Notes: generated by a model not told the origin, from the letters alone. Shown: positions 48,977-57,983, counted from the first letter of the stretch. The stretch: DNA of 64,000 bases from Anaeromyxobacteraceae bacterium (GCA_047602405.1 JASGHJ010000001.1:1984001-2048000); one strand, 5' to 3'. Made by a program: numbers and translations.

Positions 48977-50529
48977 ACCGCGTCTCCGAGCCCGTGCTCG
49001 CGGACCTGGCGGCGCTCCTCAAGGAGCGGGTGGGCCTGAACGTGCGCGCCGACGGCCACGCGGCGCTCCGGCTCGCGGTGGTCGCGCGGCTCGACGAGCT
49101 GCCGGACGTGCGGGACGGCGCCGCCTACCACGACGTGCTGCGCGGCGCCGGCGGCGACGACGAGCTCCGGCGGCTCCTGCCGCTCGTGACCGTGGGGAAG
49201 ACGAGCTTCTTCCGGGACGAGCGGCAGTTCGGCGCGCTCGAGGCGCTCCTCCCGAAGCTGCTCGCGCGCCCGCGCGGCGGCGGCCGGCGGGTCGCGATCT
49301 GGTCGGCGGGCTGCGCGACCGGCGAGGAGCCGTACTCGATCGCGATGGCGTGCGCCGAGGCCGGCGCCGAGCCGGAGCACGTCGAGCTCGTCGCGACCGA
49401 CGTGAACCCCGAGGCGGTCGCCCACGCGCTGCGGGGCGAGTACGAGGCCCGCCGCCTGCGCGAGGTCCCGGAGCGGATCCGCGAGACGTACTTCGAGGTG
49501 AGCGGCGAGCGGCCCCACGTGCGCCCGCTGCTCCGCCGCTACGTGACGGCGATCCGCGCGCACAACCTCGTCTCGGCCTCGTTCCCGCGCCCGAGCGACG
49601 GCGGCGGCTGGGACGTCATCTTCTGCCGCAACGTCATCATCTACTTCGATACCGCGACCACCCAGCAGGTGCTGACGCTCTTCCACGGCAACCTCTCGCC
49701 GGGCGGGTACCTGTTCCTCGGCTACTCCGAGTCGCTCTTCCGGCTCTTCGAGGGGTTCGAGCTCACCGAGGTGGCCGGCGCGTTCCTGTACCGCCGCCCC
49801 GAGGTGCGGATGACGCCGCTGCCGGTCCGCCGGCCGGTGCGCCCGCAGGTCCCCATCCCCGAGTCGCCGCCGCGGGTCGCGCACGTGGACACCGCGGCCG
49901 ACTTGCCCGGGGGGGCTCGTCCCTCGACCTCGCCGCTGCGCGGCCACGCTCGGGATGAGCGGACCCTCCCCACCCCCGGCAGCGCTCCCACCCCGGCGCC
50001 GAGGAGCCCGCCCTTCGCCCCGCAGGAGTTCCTCGACGGCGCCATCGCGCTCTTCGCCGACGGCCGCTTCGGCGCGGCGCGGGAGCTCCTCGAGCGCTGG
50101 ATCGAGAAGGGCGGCGAGGACCTCGCGGTGCGCCTCACGCTCGCGAACCTCTACGGCATCCTCCGCCAGCCCGGCGAGGCGCGCGCCTGCTACGAGAAGG
50201 CGCTCGCGCTCGAGCCGCTCTCGGCCGAGGCCCACCTCTTCTACGGCATCCACCTCGTCTCCACGGCCGACCACGAGGCCGCCGCCCGGGAGCTCGCCCG
50301 CGCGCTCTTCCTCGACCCCGACCTCGCGCTCGCGCACTACTACCTCGGCCGGTGCCGCGAGGCGCAGCGCGACCCCGACCGGGCGCGGCTCGCCTACCGG
50401 AACGCGCTCGAGGCGTACCGGCGGAGGCCGGACGGCAAGCGGCAGGTGTTCCTGGGCTACTATCCCGACATCCCGGAGGACGGCGGCGCCTTCGCGCGCG
50501 CCGCCGAGTACGCGCTCGCGGCGCTCTAG
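48973..50529 (+). CDS. frzF: CheR methyltransferase with TPR repeats
   Basis: TVGKTSFFRD, WSAGCATGEEPYS, FCRNVIIYF, C-terminal TPRs. Confidence 0.92.
   Translation: MNRVSEPVLADLAALLKERVGLNVRADGHAALRLAVVARLDELPDVRDGAAYHDVLRGAGGDDELRRLLPLVTVGKTSFFRDERQFGALEALLPKLLARPRGGGRRVAIWSAGCATGEEPYSIAMACAEAGAEPEHVELVATDVNPEAVAHALRGEYEARRLREVPERIRETYFEVSGERPHVRPLLRRYVTAIRAHNLVSASFPRPSDGGGWDVIFCRNVIIYFDTATTQQVLTLFHGNLSPGGYLFLGYSESLFRLFEGFELTEVAGAFLYRRPEVRMTPLPVRRPVRPQVPIPESPPRVAHVDTAADLPGGARPSTSPLRGHARDERTLPTPGSAPTPAPRSPPFAPQEFLDGAIALFADGRFGAARELLERWIEKGGEDLAVRLTLANLYGILRQPGEARACYEKALALEPLSAEAHLFYGIHLVSTADHEAAARELARALFLDPDLALAHYYLGRCREAQRDPDRARLAYRNALEAYRRRPDGKRQVFLGYYPDIPEDGGAFARAAEYALAAL
49915..49962 (+). 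repeat. Palindromic repeat family A, copy inside frzF
   Basis: GCTCGTCCCTCGACCTC-GCCGC-TGC-GCGGC-CACGCTCGGGATGAGCGG; flanks also resemble the 27708 copy. Confidence 0.88.
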
Positions 50530-50537
50530 GCAGGGAA

Positions 50538-50924
50538 ATGAACGAGAAGAAGAAACGCATCCTCCTCCTCGACGACTCGCCCATCACGCTCGAGATGGAG
50601 CGCTCGGTGCTCGAGGAGCGCGGCTACACCGTGGCGACCGCGACGAACCTCCTCGAGTTCCAGGCGGCCCTCGACGCCTTCCAGCCCGAGATCATCCTCA
50701 CCGACCTCGTGATGCCGGACATCAGCGGCAAGGACATCGTCCGGGTGCTGAAGCAGGACTTCCACACCGAGCGCATCCCGATCATCATCTTCAGCTCCAA
50801 GCCGGACGACGAGCTCGCCGACGCGGCGGAGCAGGTCGGGGCCGACGGGTTCCTGTCGAAGAGCCACGGGATCGACAAGCTCGGCGACATGGTGGACGAG
50901 ATCGTCGAGTCGATCCTCTGGTAA
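50538..50924 (+). CDS. Single-domain CheY-like response regulator
   Basis: LLDD, TDLVMPDISG, ADGFLSK. Confidence 0.9.
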   Translation: MNEKKKRILLLDDSPITLEMERSVLEERGYTVATATNLLEFQAALDAFQPEIILTDLVMPDISGKDIVRVLKQDFHTERIPIIIFSSKPDDELADAAEQVGADGFLSKSHGIDKLGDMVDEIVESILW

Positions 50925-50934
50925 CCCGCGGCGA

Positions 50935-51690
50935 TCAGGCGGCGCGGGCGCCGCGCCCCAGCCCGCCGATCGAGACGTCCCGGCCGAGCAGCATGTCCTT
51001 CATGCGCCGGCTGCCGCCCTCGTAGAAGCCGGCCTCCGCCGGCGCCTCGGCCGGGTTCGAGAACGTCCCGAACACCTGGTCCCACAGCGAGAGGTTGCCG
51101 AAGTTGCCGGTGTGCACGCCGCGGGCGTGGTGCACGCCGTGGTTCTCGGGGCGCTGCACGAACCAGCCGAGCCAGCGCGGCGTGCGCAGGTTCGCGTGCT
51201 GGAACCACGCGAGCGTGAACGAGACGGCGCCGACGAGCCCGGCGGCCTCCGGGGTGAGGCCGAGCAGCGCGCCGGAGACCAGGAGCGAGAGGCCGATCTG
51301 CAGCAGCATCTCGTTCGGGTGGAAGAAGAACGCGCCGTAGGTGTCGAACCGCTCCGCCGAGTGGTGGACCTGGTGCACCCAGCGCCAGAGGAAGCTCACC
51401 TCGTGGCAGGCGCGGTGCACGCCGTAGGCGGCGAGCTCGGAGACGAGGAGCCCCAGCGCGAGGCCACCCCAGGTGCCGAGGGCCGCGCCGTGGAACAGGG
51501 AGCGCTCGCCCAGGAGCGGGGCGGCCGCGGCGGGGATCACCACGTTGAGCACGAGGGCCAGCCCGGTGAACAGGAGCCCCTTCGCGCGCCACCGCGGGAC
51601 GGGCGCGTACCGCCGCGCGGGGCGGAGCGCGTCCTGCACGAGGAAGAGGACGAACGCCGCCAGGGTGACCAGCATCGCGAGCTCAGCCAT
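50935..51690 (-). CDS. Sterol desaturase/fatty-acid hydroxylase family protein
   Basis: HRACH, HQVHHS, QHAN, HGVHH histidine boxes. Confidence 0.9.
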   Translation of the reverse strand: MAELAMLVTLAAFVLFLVQDALRPARRYAPVPRWRAKGLLFTGLALVLNVVIPAAAAPLLGERSLFHGAALGTWGGLALGLLVSELAAYGVHRACHEVSFLWRWVHQVHHSAERFDTYGAFFFHPNEMLLQIGLSLLVSGALLGLTPEAAGLVGAVSFTLAWFQHANLRTPRWLGWFVQRPENHGVHHARGVHTGNFGNLSLWDQVFGTFSNPAEAPAEAGFYEGGSRRMKDMLLGRDVSIGGLGRGARAA

Positions 51691-51789
51691 CTTCGAACCT
51701 CCGGTCGAGCGGGCCGGAGGATCCGGCACCGTCACCCCGGAGGCGTGACGGCGGGCGGAACGTCGTGACGCGACGGCGTCCCTTCGGGG

Positions 51790-54700
51790 TCAGGGGTCGT
51801 AGACGCAGACCGCCCCGGTGCGGACCGCCCGGGAGAGGAAGCGGCCGAGCGCCGGGTCGTGCTGGGCGATCCGCGCGATCGCGTCGGCGAGCCGGCGCCG
51901 GACGTTCACGCGGCTCCGCTCCGCGCGGTCTCCCGCGCGCCGTGCGCGGTCGCCGAGCCCGAGCGCCCGGGAGAGCTCCTCCTCGAGGGCCTCGCGCGCC
52001 TCGGCGGCCCGCGCCGCGCGGCCGGCGTCCCCGAGGCGCTCCGCCTCGTCCTGGGCCTCCCGGAGCTCGGCGGCGCGCCGGCGGTAGGCCGCGCGCGCCG
52101 GCGCGTCGAGGAGCTCCCCCGCGTCCCCGGCGCGCGCCGCCTGGGCCCCGCCCGCGGGGAGGTCGAGCTCGAGGGCCGAGAACGGGCGGCCGGGGCTCTC
52201 GACGAGGAGGGCGAGCATCTCGAGCCCCCGCACGTGGCGGACCCGGAGCGTGACCGCGCCGCGGCGGACGGCCCAGACGTCGCCCTCGCGCGCGAGCGAG
52301 AGCGGGGGCGCCGCGCCGGAGGCCGCGGGAGGCGCGGCGTCCGGTGCGCGCGGGGGCGGCGCGGCGGTCGTCGGGGCGAGCCCGAGCGCCTCGCGGCAGG
52401 CGAGGATGCGGCCGGGCTCGAGCGCGAGCGCCGCGCCGAGCTCGGCCGCGCGCGCGTCGTCCTCGCCGGCCTCGCGCCCGCGCCCCGCCCAGCGCAGGAG
52501 CGTGGCGCGCTCGGCGCGCAGGCTCGCCTCGAGCGGCCGCAGGCGCCGCCGGCCGCAGCGCCCCAGCGCGTGCTCGAACCAGGCGAGGGCGCCCTCGAGG
52601 TCGCCGCCGGCCGCCGCCACGAGGGCGAGCGGTCCCGAGAGCGGGCCGGCGTGGATGAGCCCCATCATGCCCCAGGTGACCTCGCGCCCGGCATACGGGC
52701 GCAGGCGTTCCACGAGCTCGGCGCAGGCCTCCCGGGGGCCGGCCGCGGCGGTCACGACGGCGAGGCAGCTCGCGTACTGGAGGTCGGCGAGCGAGGGCCG
52801 GGGACCCGCGGCGGAGAGCGCCTCCTCGTAGAGCGCGCGCAGCCGCTCGACGCGCCCGAGGCGGGCCCGCAGCGCCGCCTCGACGAGCGCGAAGAAGCCG
52901 TGGCCCCCCGCGAGGCGGGCCTCGAGCCCGCGGACGTCCGCCTCGAAGCCGTCGGGCGCGCGGCCGCGCAGGAGCACCGTCGCCCCCAGCCGGTGCAGCG
53001 TGAGCGACACGCCCGCGTCGAAGCCGCCGTCCGCCGCGGCCAGCCGCGCCGCCTCCGCGACGCGGCGCTCGCTCTCCGCGAAGTCGCCGGCCATGAGCGC
53101 GCGCATCGAGCGCAGGAGGGCCGGGCGCCAGCGGTAGGCGGGCAGCGCGAGGCGCTCCCCGAGCACCTCCACCTCGCCGATGGCGAGCTCCGCGTCGGGG
53201 AGCCGGCCGAGCTCGACGAGGTCGATGGCGAGGCGCGCCCGCGCCCGCTGCTCCACCGCGAGATCCCCGAGCGCCGCGGCCAGGCCCGCGCACTCGGCGT
53301 CGAGCGGCTCGCGCACCTCGGGCGGCGCGAGGTCGCCCAGCGCGGAGCACGCCGCGTACAGCGTGGCGAGGAGGGTGGGCCGGTCCCCGGCGCCGCGCGC
53401 GAGCGCGACGGCCTCGAGGGCGAGCGCGATCGGCTCCTCCGGCTCGGCGGCGGGCTGGAGCGCGCTCGCGAGCCGGGCGCGCAGCTGCGCCGAGAGCCCG
53501 GGCTCTCGGTCGCCGAGCCCGGCGAGCGCCTCGCGCAGGGCACGGACGAGCCCCGCGTTCACGACGCCGAGCGTGGTCGTGAAGCCGAGGGCGAGCACCG
53601 CCCGCGCCGTCCGGGCGGGATCGCCGAGGGCCCGGGCGAGGTCGGCGGCGCGCCCGGCCGTCTCGCGCGACCGCTCGCCGAGGCCCGCGCGGGCCTCGGC
53701 CTCGGCGAGGGCGATGCCGACGTCGCAGCGGAGCGCCGGCTCCCGAGTCGGCCCGAGCGCGTCGCGGGCGCGCCGGAGGAGCGAGGCGGCGTCCGCGTAG
53801 GCGCCGAGGCCGAGGGCGTGGCCGGCGGCGGCGCGGGCGAGCGCCACCGCACGCTCGGTGGGACCCTCGGGCAGGCCGAGGAGCGCGTGGTGCGCGACCG
53901 CCGCCGGCGAGGCGCCGGGCCTGGCCTCGAGCCAGAGGGAGTGGGCGTGGTGCAGCGCCGCGCGCCGGGCGGGCGGGAGGCCCGCGTGCACGGCCTCGTG
54001 CACGAGTCCGTGGGAGAACGCGAGGTGGCCGGGGCGCCCGGGCGAAGGCGCGACGATGCCCGTCCCCGCCGCGAGCGCGAGGGCCTCCCGGGCCTGGCCG
54101 CCGGTCGCGTCCGCGCCGAGGGCCTCGAGCGCGTCGAGCTCGAACGTGCGCCCGAGCACGCTCGCGGCCTCCACGGCGCGCCGGGCGGGCCCCGGCAGGC
54201 GCGCGAGCCGCGACCGCACCACCGCCCGGATGCCCTCCGCCACCGGCGCGTCGCCGGCCGTCGCGGCGGCGAGCTCGGCGTGGCGCGCCAGCTCCTCCGC
54301 GAAGAGCGGGTTGCCCTCGCTCGCCGCCACGACGCGGCGGAGGGCCTCGCCCGCGAGGGCCGGCGCGACGCGGGAGGCGAGCGCCTCGAGCTCGCCCGGC
54401 CCGAGCGGCCGCAGCTCCAGCCGGCGACCCTCGCGGCCGATCCGCGCGAGGGCCTCGTCGAGGCCCGGCGAGGCGCGCGCCTCCGCCGGGCGGAAGGTGG
54501 CGAGGAGCGCGAGGCGCGCCCCGCGGAGCCCGCGGGCGACGAACAGGAGGAGGTCGAGCGTGGCGTCGTCGGCGGCGTGGAGGTCGTCGAGCACGACCAG
54601 CACCGGCCGCTCCTCGCCGAGCGCCCGCAGCCGGGCCCGGACGCGCGCGAAGGCCTCGAAGCGCGCGGCCTGGGAGGCCTCCGCGCCCGCGAGCGCGTCC

Positions 54701-54963
54701 TCCGCGCCGAGGCCCGCGAGCGCCTCCCGCCAGGGCCAGAGCGGCGGGGCGCCGCCCGCCTCCCACGCGCGGCCCCACACCACGCGCAGGCCGAGGCCCT
54801 GGGCCCGCGCCGCCGCCGCGTCGGCGAGGTGGGTCTTGCCGATGCCCGGCTCGCCGGCGACGAGGCGCACCACCCCGTGGCCCGCCGCCGCCGAGGCGAG
54901 CGCGTCCTCGAGGTCCGCGAGCTCCGCGTCCCGTCCGATGAGCGCCCCCGCCGCGTCCGCCAT
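51790..54963 (-). CDS. Large AAA (STAND-like) ATPase regulator
   Basis: IGRDAEL, GEPGIGKT, LDDLHAAD, GNPLF, FSHGLV; helical C-terminus. Confidence 0.88.
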   Translation of the reverse strand: MADAAGALIGRDAELADLEDALASAAAGHGVVRLVAGEPGIGKTHLADAAAARAQGLGLRVVWGRAWEAGGAPPLWPWREALAGLGAEDALAGAEASQAARFEAFARVRARLRALGEERPVLVVLDDLHAADDATLDLLLFVARGLRGARLALLATFRPAEARASPGLDEALARIGREGRRLELRPLGPGELEALASRVAPALAGEALRRVVAASEGNPLFAEELARHAELAAATAGDAPVAEGIRAVVRSRLARLPGPARRAVEAASVLGRTFELDALEALGADATGGQAREALALAAGTGIVAPSPGRPGHLAFSHGLVHEAVHAGLPPARRAALHHAHSLWLEARPGASPAAVAHHALLGLPEGPTERAVALARAAAGHALGLGAYADAASLLRRARDALGPTREPALRCDVGIALAEAEARAGLGERSRETAGRAADLARALGDPARTARAVLALGFTTTLGVVNAGLVRALREALAGLGDREPGLSAQLRARLASALQPAAEPEEPIALALEAVALARGAGDRPTLLATLYAACSALGDLAPPEVREPLDAECAGLAAALGDLAVEQRARARLAIDLVELGRLPDAELAIGEVEVLGERLALPAYRWRPALLRSMRALMAGDFAESERRVAEAARLAAADGGFDAGVSLTLHRLGATVLLRGRAPDGFEADVRGLEARLAGGHGFFALVEAALRARLGRVERLRALYEEALSAAGPRPSLADLQYASCLAVVTAAAGPREACAELVERLRPYAGREVTWGMMGLIHAGPLSGPLALVAAAGGDLEGALAWFEHALGRCGRRRLRPLEASLRAERATLLRWAGRGREAGEDDARAAELGAALALEPGRILACREALGLAPTTAAPPPRAPDAAPPAASGAAPPLSLAREGDVWAVRRGAVTLRVRHVRGLEMLALLVESPGRPFSALELDLPAGGAQAARAGDAGELLDAPARAAYRRRAAELREAQDEAERLGDAGRAARAAEAREALEEELSRALGLGDRARRAGDRAERSRVNVRRRLADAIARIAQHDPALGRFLSRAVRTGAVCVYDP

Positions 54964-55081
54964 GCTGGCTTCCTATTGCGTCGCACCGGGGCCGTCGATG
55001 CGCAGGGAGGAGCGGTCCGGCGCGGCCCGGAGGGGGTGGGGGGAGTGGGGGAGGGGGCCATCAGGCAGTCCGACTTCGGAC

Positions 55082-55153
55082 CCGCCTCCGCCTCCGCCTC
55101 CGCCTCCGGCTCCGACTCCGCCTCCGGCTCCTCCTCCGACCCCGCCTCCCGCC
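55082..55153. repeat. Degenerate hexamer microsatellite (CCGCCT/CCGGCT/CCGACT)n
   Basis: About 12 imperfect 6-bp units in the divergent intergenic region. Confidence 0.8.
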
Positions 55154-55232
55154 CCCTTCCGGTCCTGCGTCACCCGGCCGCGTGGCCCCACCCCTCCCGG
55201 AGTGCACATGCTCCGCGGGAGGGGGTCGCCCC

Positions 55233-55745
55233 ATGACGCACCACGCGGAGCACGTGAAGGCTCCGGTCCACGCGGAGGAGGCGCTGTACGAGGGCTACGG
55301 GCCGGGCGGCGTCGCCCTGCTCGTCGAGTGCGTGACCACGAACCGGAACCGGACGGCGGCCGACGTCCGCGCCCGGCTCGAGAAGTCGGGCGGTCACCTC
55401 GCGGAGCAGGGGGCGGTCGCCTGGCAGTTCGAGCGGGTCGGCGCGTTCAAGATCAGGCCCGGGCCCACCCGCGAGGCGGTGGAGACCGCCGCGATCGAGG
55501 CGGGGGCGGAGGACGTGCGGGACCTCGGGGCGGAGGGGTTCGAGATCCGCACCCACCCGGCCGACGTGCACGGCGTGCACGCCGCGATGGCGGGCCAGCT
55601 CCCGGTGGAGCCGGAGCGCCTCGCCTGGGTCCCGAAGGACGCCGTCCCGGTGGACGCCGAGCGGGCCGCCTCCGTCCGGCGGGCGGTCGCGCTCCTCGAG
55701 GAGCTCGACGAGGTGCGGGCGGTCCACGCGAACGTCGCGCCCTGA
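55233..55745 (+). CDS. YebC/PmpR-family protein lacking the N-terminal domain
   Basis: YEGYGPGGVALLVEC.T.NRNRT..DVR, GAVAWQF.R.G, LEELDEV..VHAN. Confidence 0.85.
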   Translation: MTHHAEHVKAPVHAEEALYEGYGPGGVALLVECVTTNRNRTAADVRARLEKSGGHLAEQGAVAWQFERVGAFKIRPGPTREAVETAAIEAGAEDVRDLGAEGFEIRTHPADVHGVHAAMAGQLPVEPERLAWVPKDAVPVDAERAASVRRAVALLEELDEVRAVHANVAP

Positions 55746-55785
55746 GTGACGCCGGGACAGCCCTCCGGGCTACACTGCGGGCGCG

Positions 55786-57141
55786 ATGCGCGCCTACGAG
55801 ATCATCCATGCGAAGCGGGAGGGCAAGGAGCTCCCGCCCGAGGAGATCGCCCGGCTGGTCGAGGGCTACACGCGCGGCGAGATCCCGGACTACCAGCTGG
55901 CCGCCTTCTGCATGGCGGTCTTCTTCCGCGGCATGGCGCCCGCCGAGATCGCCGCCCTCACCGGTGCGATGCTCCGCTCCGGCGACGTGCTCGACCTCTC
56001 CGACATCCCCGGCGCGAAGGTCGACAAGCACTCGACCGGCGGCGTGGGCGACAAGGTGTCGCTCGCGCTCGCCCCGCTCGCGGCCGCGTGCGGCGTGAAG
56101 GTCCCGATGATCTCCGGCCGCGGGCTCGGCCACACCGGCGGCACGCTCGACAAGCTCGAGGCCATCCCCGGCTTCCGGGTGGACCTCCCGGTGGACCGCT
56201 TCCGCGCGCTCGTGCGCGAGGTGGGCTGCTGCCTCATCGGCCAGACCGAGCGCCTCGCCCCCGCCGACCGGAAGCTCTACGCGCTGCGCGACGTGACCGC
56301 GACGGTCGAGTCGATCCCGCTCATCGCCGCGTCGATCATGTCGAAGAAGCTCGCCGAGGGCATCGACGCGCTCGTGCTCGACGTGAAGGTCGGCTCGGGC
56401 GCCTTCATGAAGACGATGGACCGCGCCCGCGAGATCGCGCGCACGCTCGCCGGGATCGGTCGCAGCATGGGCAAGCGCGTCACCGCCCTCGTCACGCGGA
56501 TGGACGAGCCGCTCGGGCTCGCGGTCGGGAACGCGCTCGAGACCGCCGAGGCGATCGCGCTCCTCGGCGGCGGCGGCCCGCCCGACCTGCGCGAGGTCAC
56601 GGTCGCGCTCACCGCGGAGATGCTGCTCCTCGGCGGCGCCGCGCCGGACCGCGCCGCGGCCCGCGCGCGTGTCGAGGGTGCGATCGCCGACGGCTCCGGC
56701 CTCGCGAAGCTCGAGGAGATCGTCCGCGCCCAGGGCGGCGACCCCGCGGCGGTCCGGGATCCCGGCCGGCTGCCGGTGGCGCCGCGCCGGCTGCCGGTGC
56801 CCGCGCCGGAGGGCGGCATCGTGCAGGCCATCGACACCGAGGCGGTCGGGCTCGCCTCCGTCGCGCTCGGCGCCGGGCGCGCCCGCACCGAGGACCGGAT
56901 CGATCCCGCCGTCGGGATCGTGGTCCACAGGAAGCTCGGCGACCGCGTCGAGCGCGGCGAGCCGCTCGCCACGATCCACCACGGGGAGCGCGGCGAGGAC
57001 CCGGCGCGGGTCGCGATGCGCCTCGCGACCGCGTGGCGCATCGGCGTCGGTCCCTCGACTCCGGACCCGCTGCGCGGGTCCTACGCTCAGGATGGGCGGA
57101 AGGAGCGGCCCCTCGTGCTCGAGACCCTGGAGGACACGTGA
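55786..57141 (+). CDS. pdp: Pyrimidine-nucleoside/thymidine phosphorylase
   Basis: DKHSTGGVGDK, SGRGLGHTGGTLDKLE, SIMSKK. Confidence 0.95.
   Translation: MRAYEIIHAKREGKELPPEEIARLVEGYTRGEIPDYQLAAFCMAVFFRGMAPAEIAALTGAMLRSGDVLDLSDIPGAKVDKHSTGGVGDKVSLALAPLAAACGVKVPMISGRGLGHTGGTLDKLEAIPGFRVDLPVDRFRALVREVGCCLIGQTERLAPADRKLYALRDVTATVESIPLIAASIMSKKLAEGIDALVLDVKVGSGAFMKTMDRAREIARTLAGIGRSMGKRVTALVTRMDEPLGLAVGNALETAEAIALLGGGGPPDLREVTVALTAEMLLLGGAAPDRAAARARVEGAIADGSGLAKLEEIVRAQGGDPAAVRDPGRLPVAPRRLPVPAPEGGIVQAIDTEAVGLASVALGAGRARTEDRIDPAVGIVVHRKLGDRVERGEPLATIHHGERGEDPARVAMRLATAWRIGVGPSTPDPLRGSYAQDGRKERPLVLETLEDT
57050..57099 (+). repeat. Palindromic repeat family A, copy inside pdp
   Basis: GTCCCTCGACTCC-GGACCCGC-TGC-GCGGGTCC-TACGCTCAGGATGGGCGG. 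Confidence 0.88.
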
Positions 57142-57983
57142 GCAAGGCCGATCTCCACACGCGGCTCCAGTACGCGCTCGCCTGGGTGCGGGGCCGCGTC
57201 GACGTGCAGCCGGCGGCGGGCGTGATCCTCGGCTCCGGGCTCGCCGGCCTCGCCGAGGGCATCGAGCGCGCCGCCGTCATCCCGTACGACGAGATCCCCG
57301 GCATGCCGGTGCCGAAGGTGATCGGCCACCCCGGCCGGCTCGTCGTCGGCGAGCTCAGCCGCCCCGAGGGGCGGGTGACCGTGGCGGCGCTCCTCGGGCG
57401 CGCCCACGCGTACGAGGGTCACCCGCCGGAGGACGTGGCGTTCGGGGCCCGGCTCCTCTGCGCCCTCGGGGTGAAGGCCCTCCTCACCACCAACGCCGCC
57501 GGCGGGATCAACCCTGCGTTCCAGCCCGGCGACCTCGTGCGGATCACCGACCACCTCGACCTCTCCCGCTCGAACCCCCTCGTGGGCGAGAACGACGACC
57601 GGCTCGGTCCGCGGTTCCCCGACCTCTCCCAGGCCTACGACCCGGAGCTCGGCGCCCTGCTCGACCGCACCGCGTCGGGGCTGGGCCAGACCCTGCGCCA
57701 GGGGGTCTACGCCTGCGTCACGGGGCCCTCTTACGAGACACCCGCCGAGGTGCGGATGCTCAGGGCGCTCGGCGCGGATCTCGTGGGGATGTCGACGGTT
57801 CCGGAGGTCATCGCCGCCCGACACATGGGGGTCCGGGTCGCCGCGGTGTCCTGCGTCACGAACCACGCGGCCGGGCTCTCCGCCCGCCCCCTGTCCCACG
57901 CCGAGGTGGAGGTGGTCGCGGCGGGGGCGCGCGATCGGTTCGCGGCCCTCGCGACTGCCTTCCTGGTCTCCGCGCTCCGCTGA
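57138..57983 (+). CDS. punA: Purine-nucleoside phosphorylase (trimeric type)
   Basis: ILGSGL, GHPG, GRAHAYEG, TNAAGG, GPSYET, VGMSTVPE. Confidence 0.92.
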   Translation: MSKADLHTRLQYALAWVRGRVDVQPAAGVILGSGLAGLAEGIERAAVIPYDEIPGMPVPKVIGHPGRLVVGELSRPEGRVTVAALLGRAHAYEGHPPEDVAFGARLLCALGVKALLTTNAAGGINPAFQPGDLVRITDHLDLSRSNPLVGENDDRLGPRFPDLSQAYDPELGALLDRTASGLGQTLRQGVYACVTGPSYETPAEVRMLRALGADLVGMSTVPEVIAARHMGVRVAAVSCVTNHAAGLSARPLSHAEVEVVAAGARDRFAALATAFLVSALR

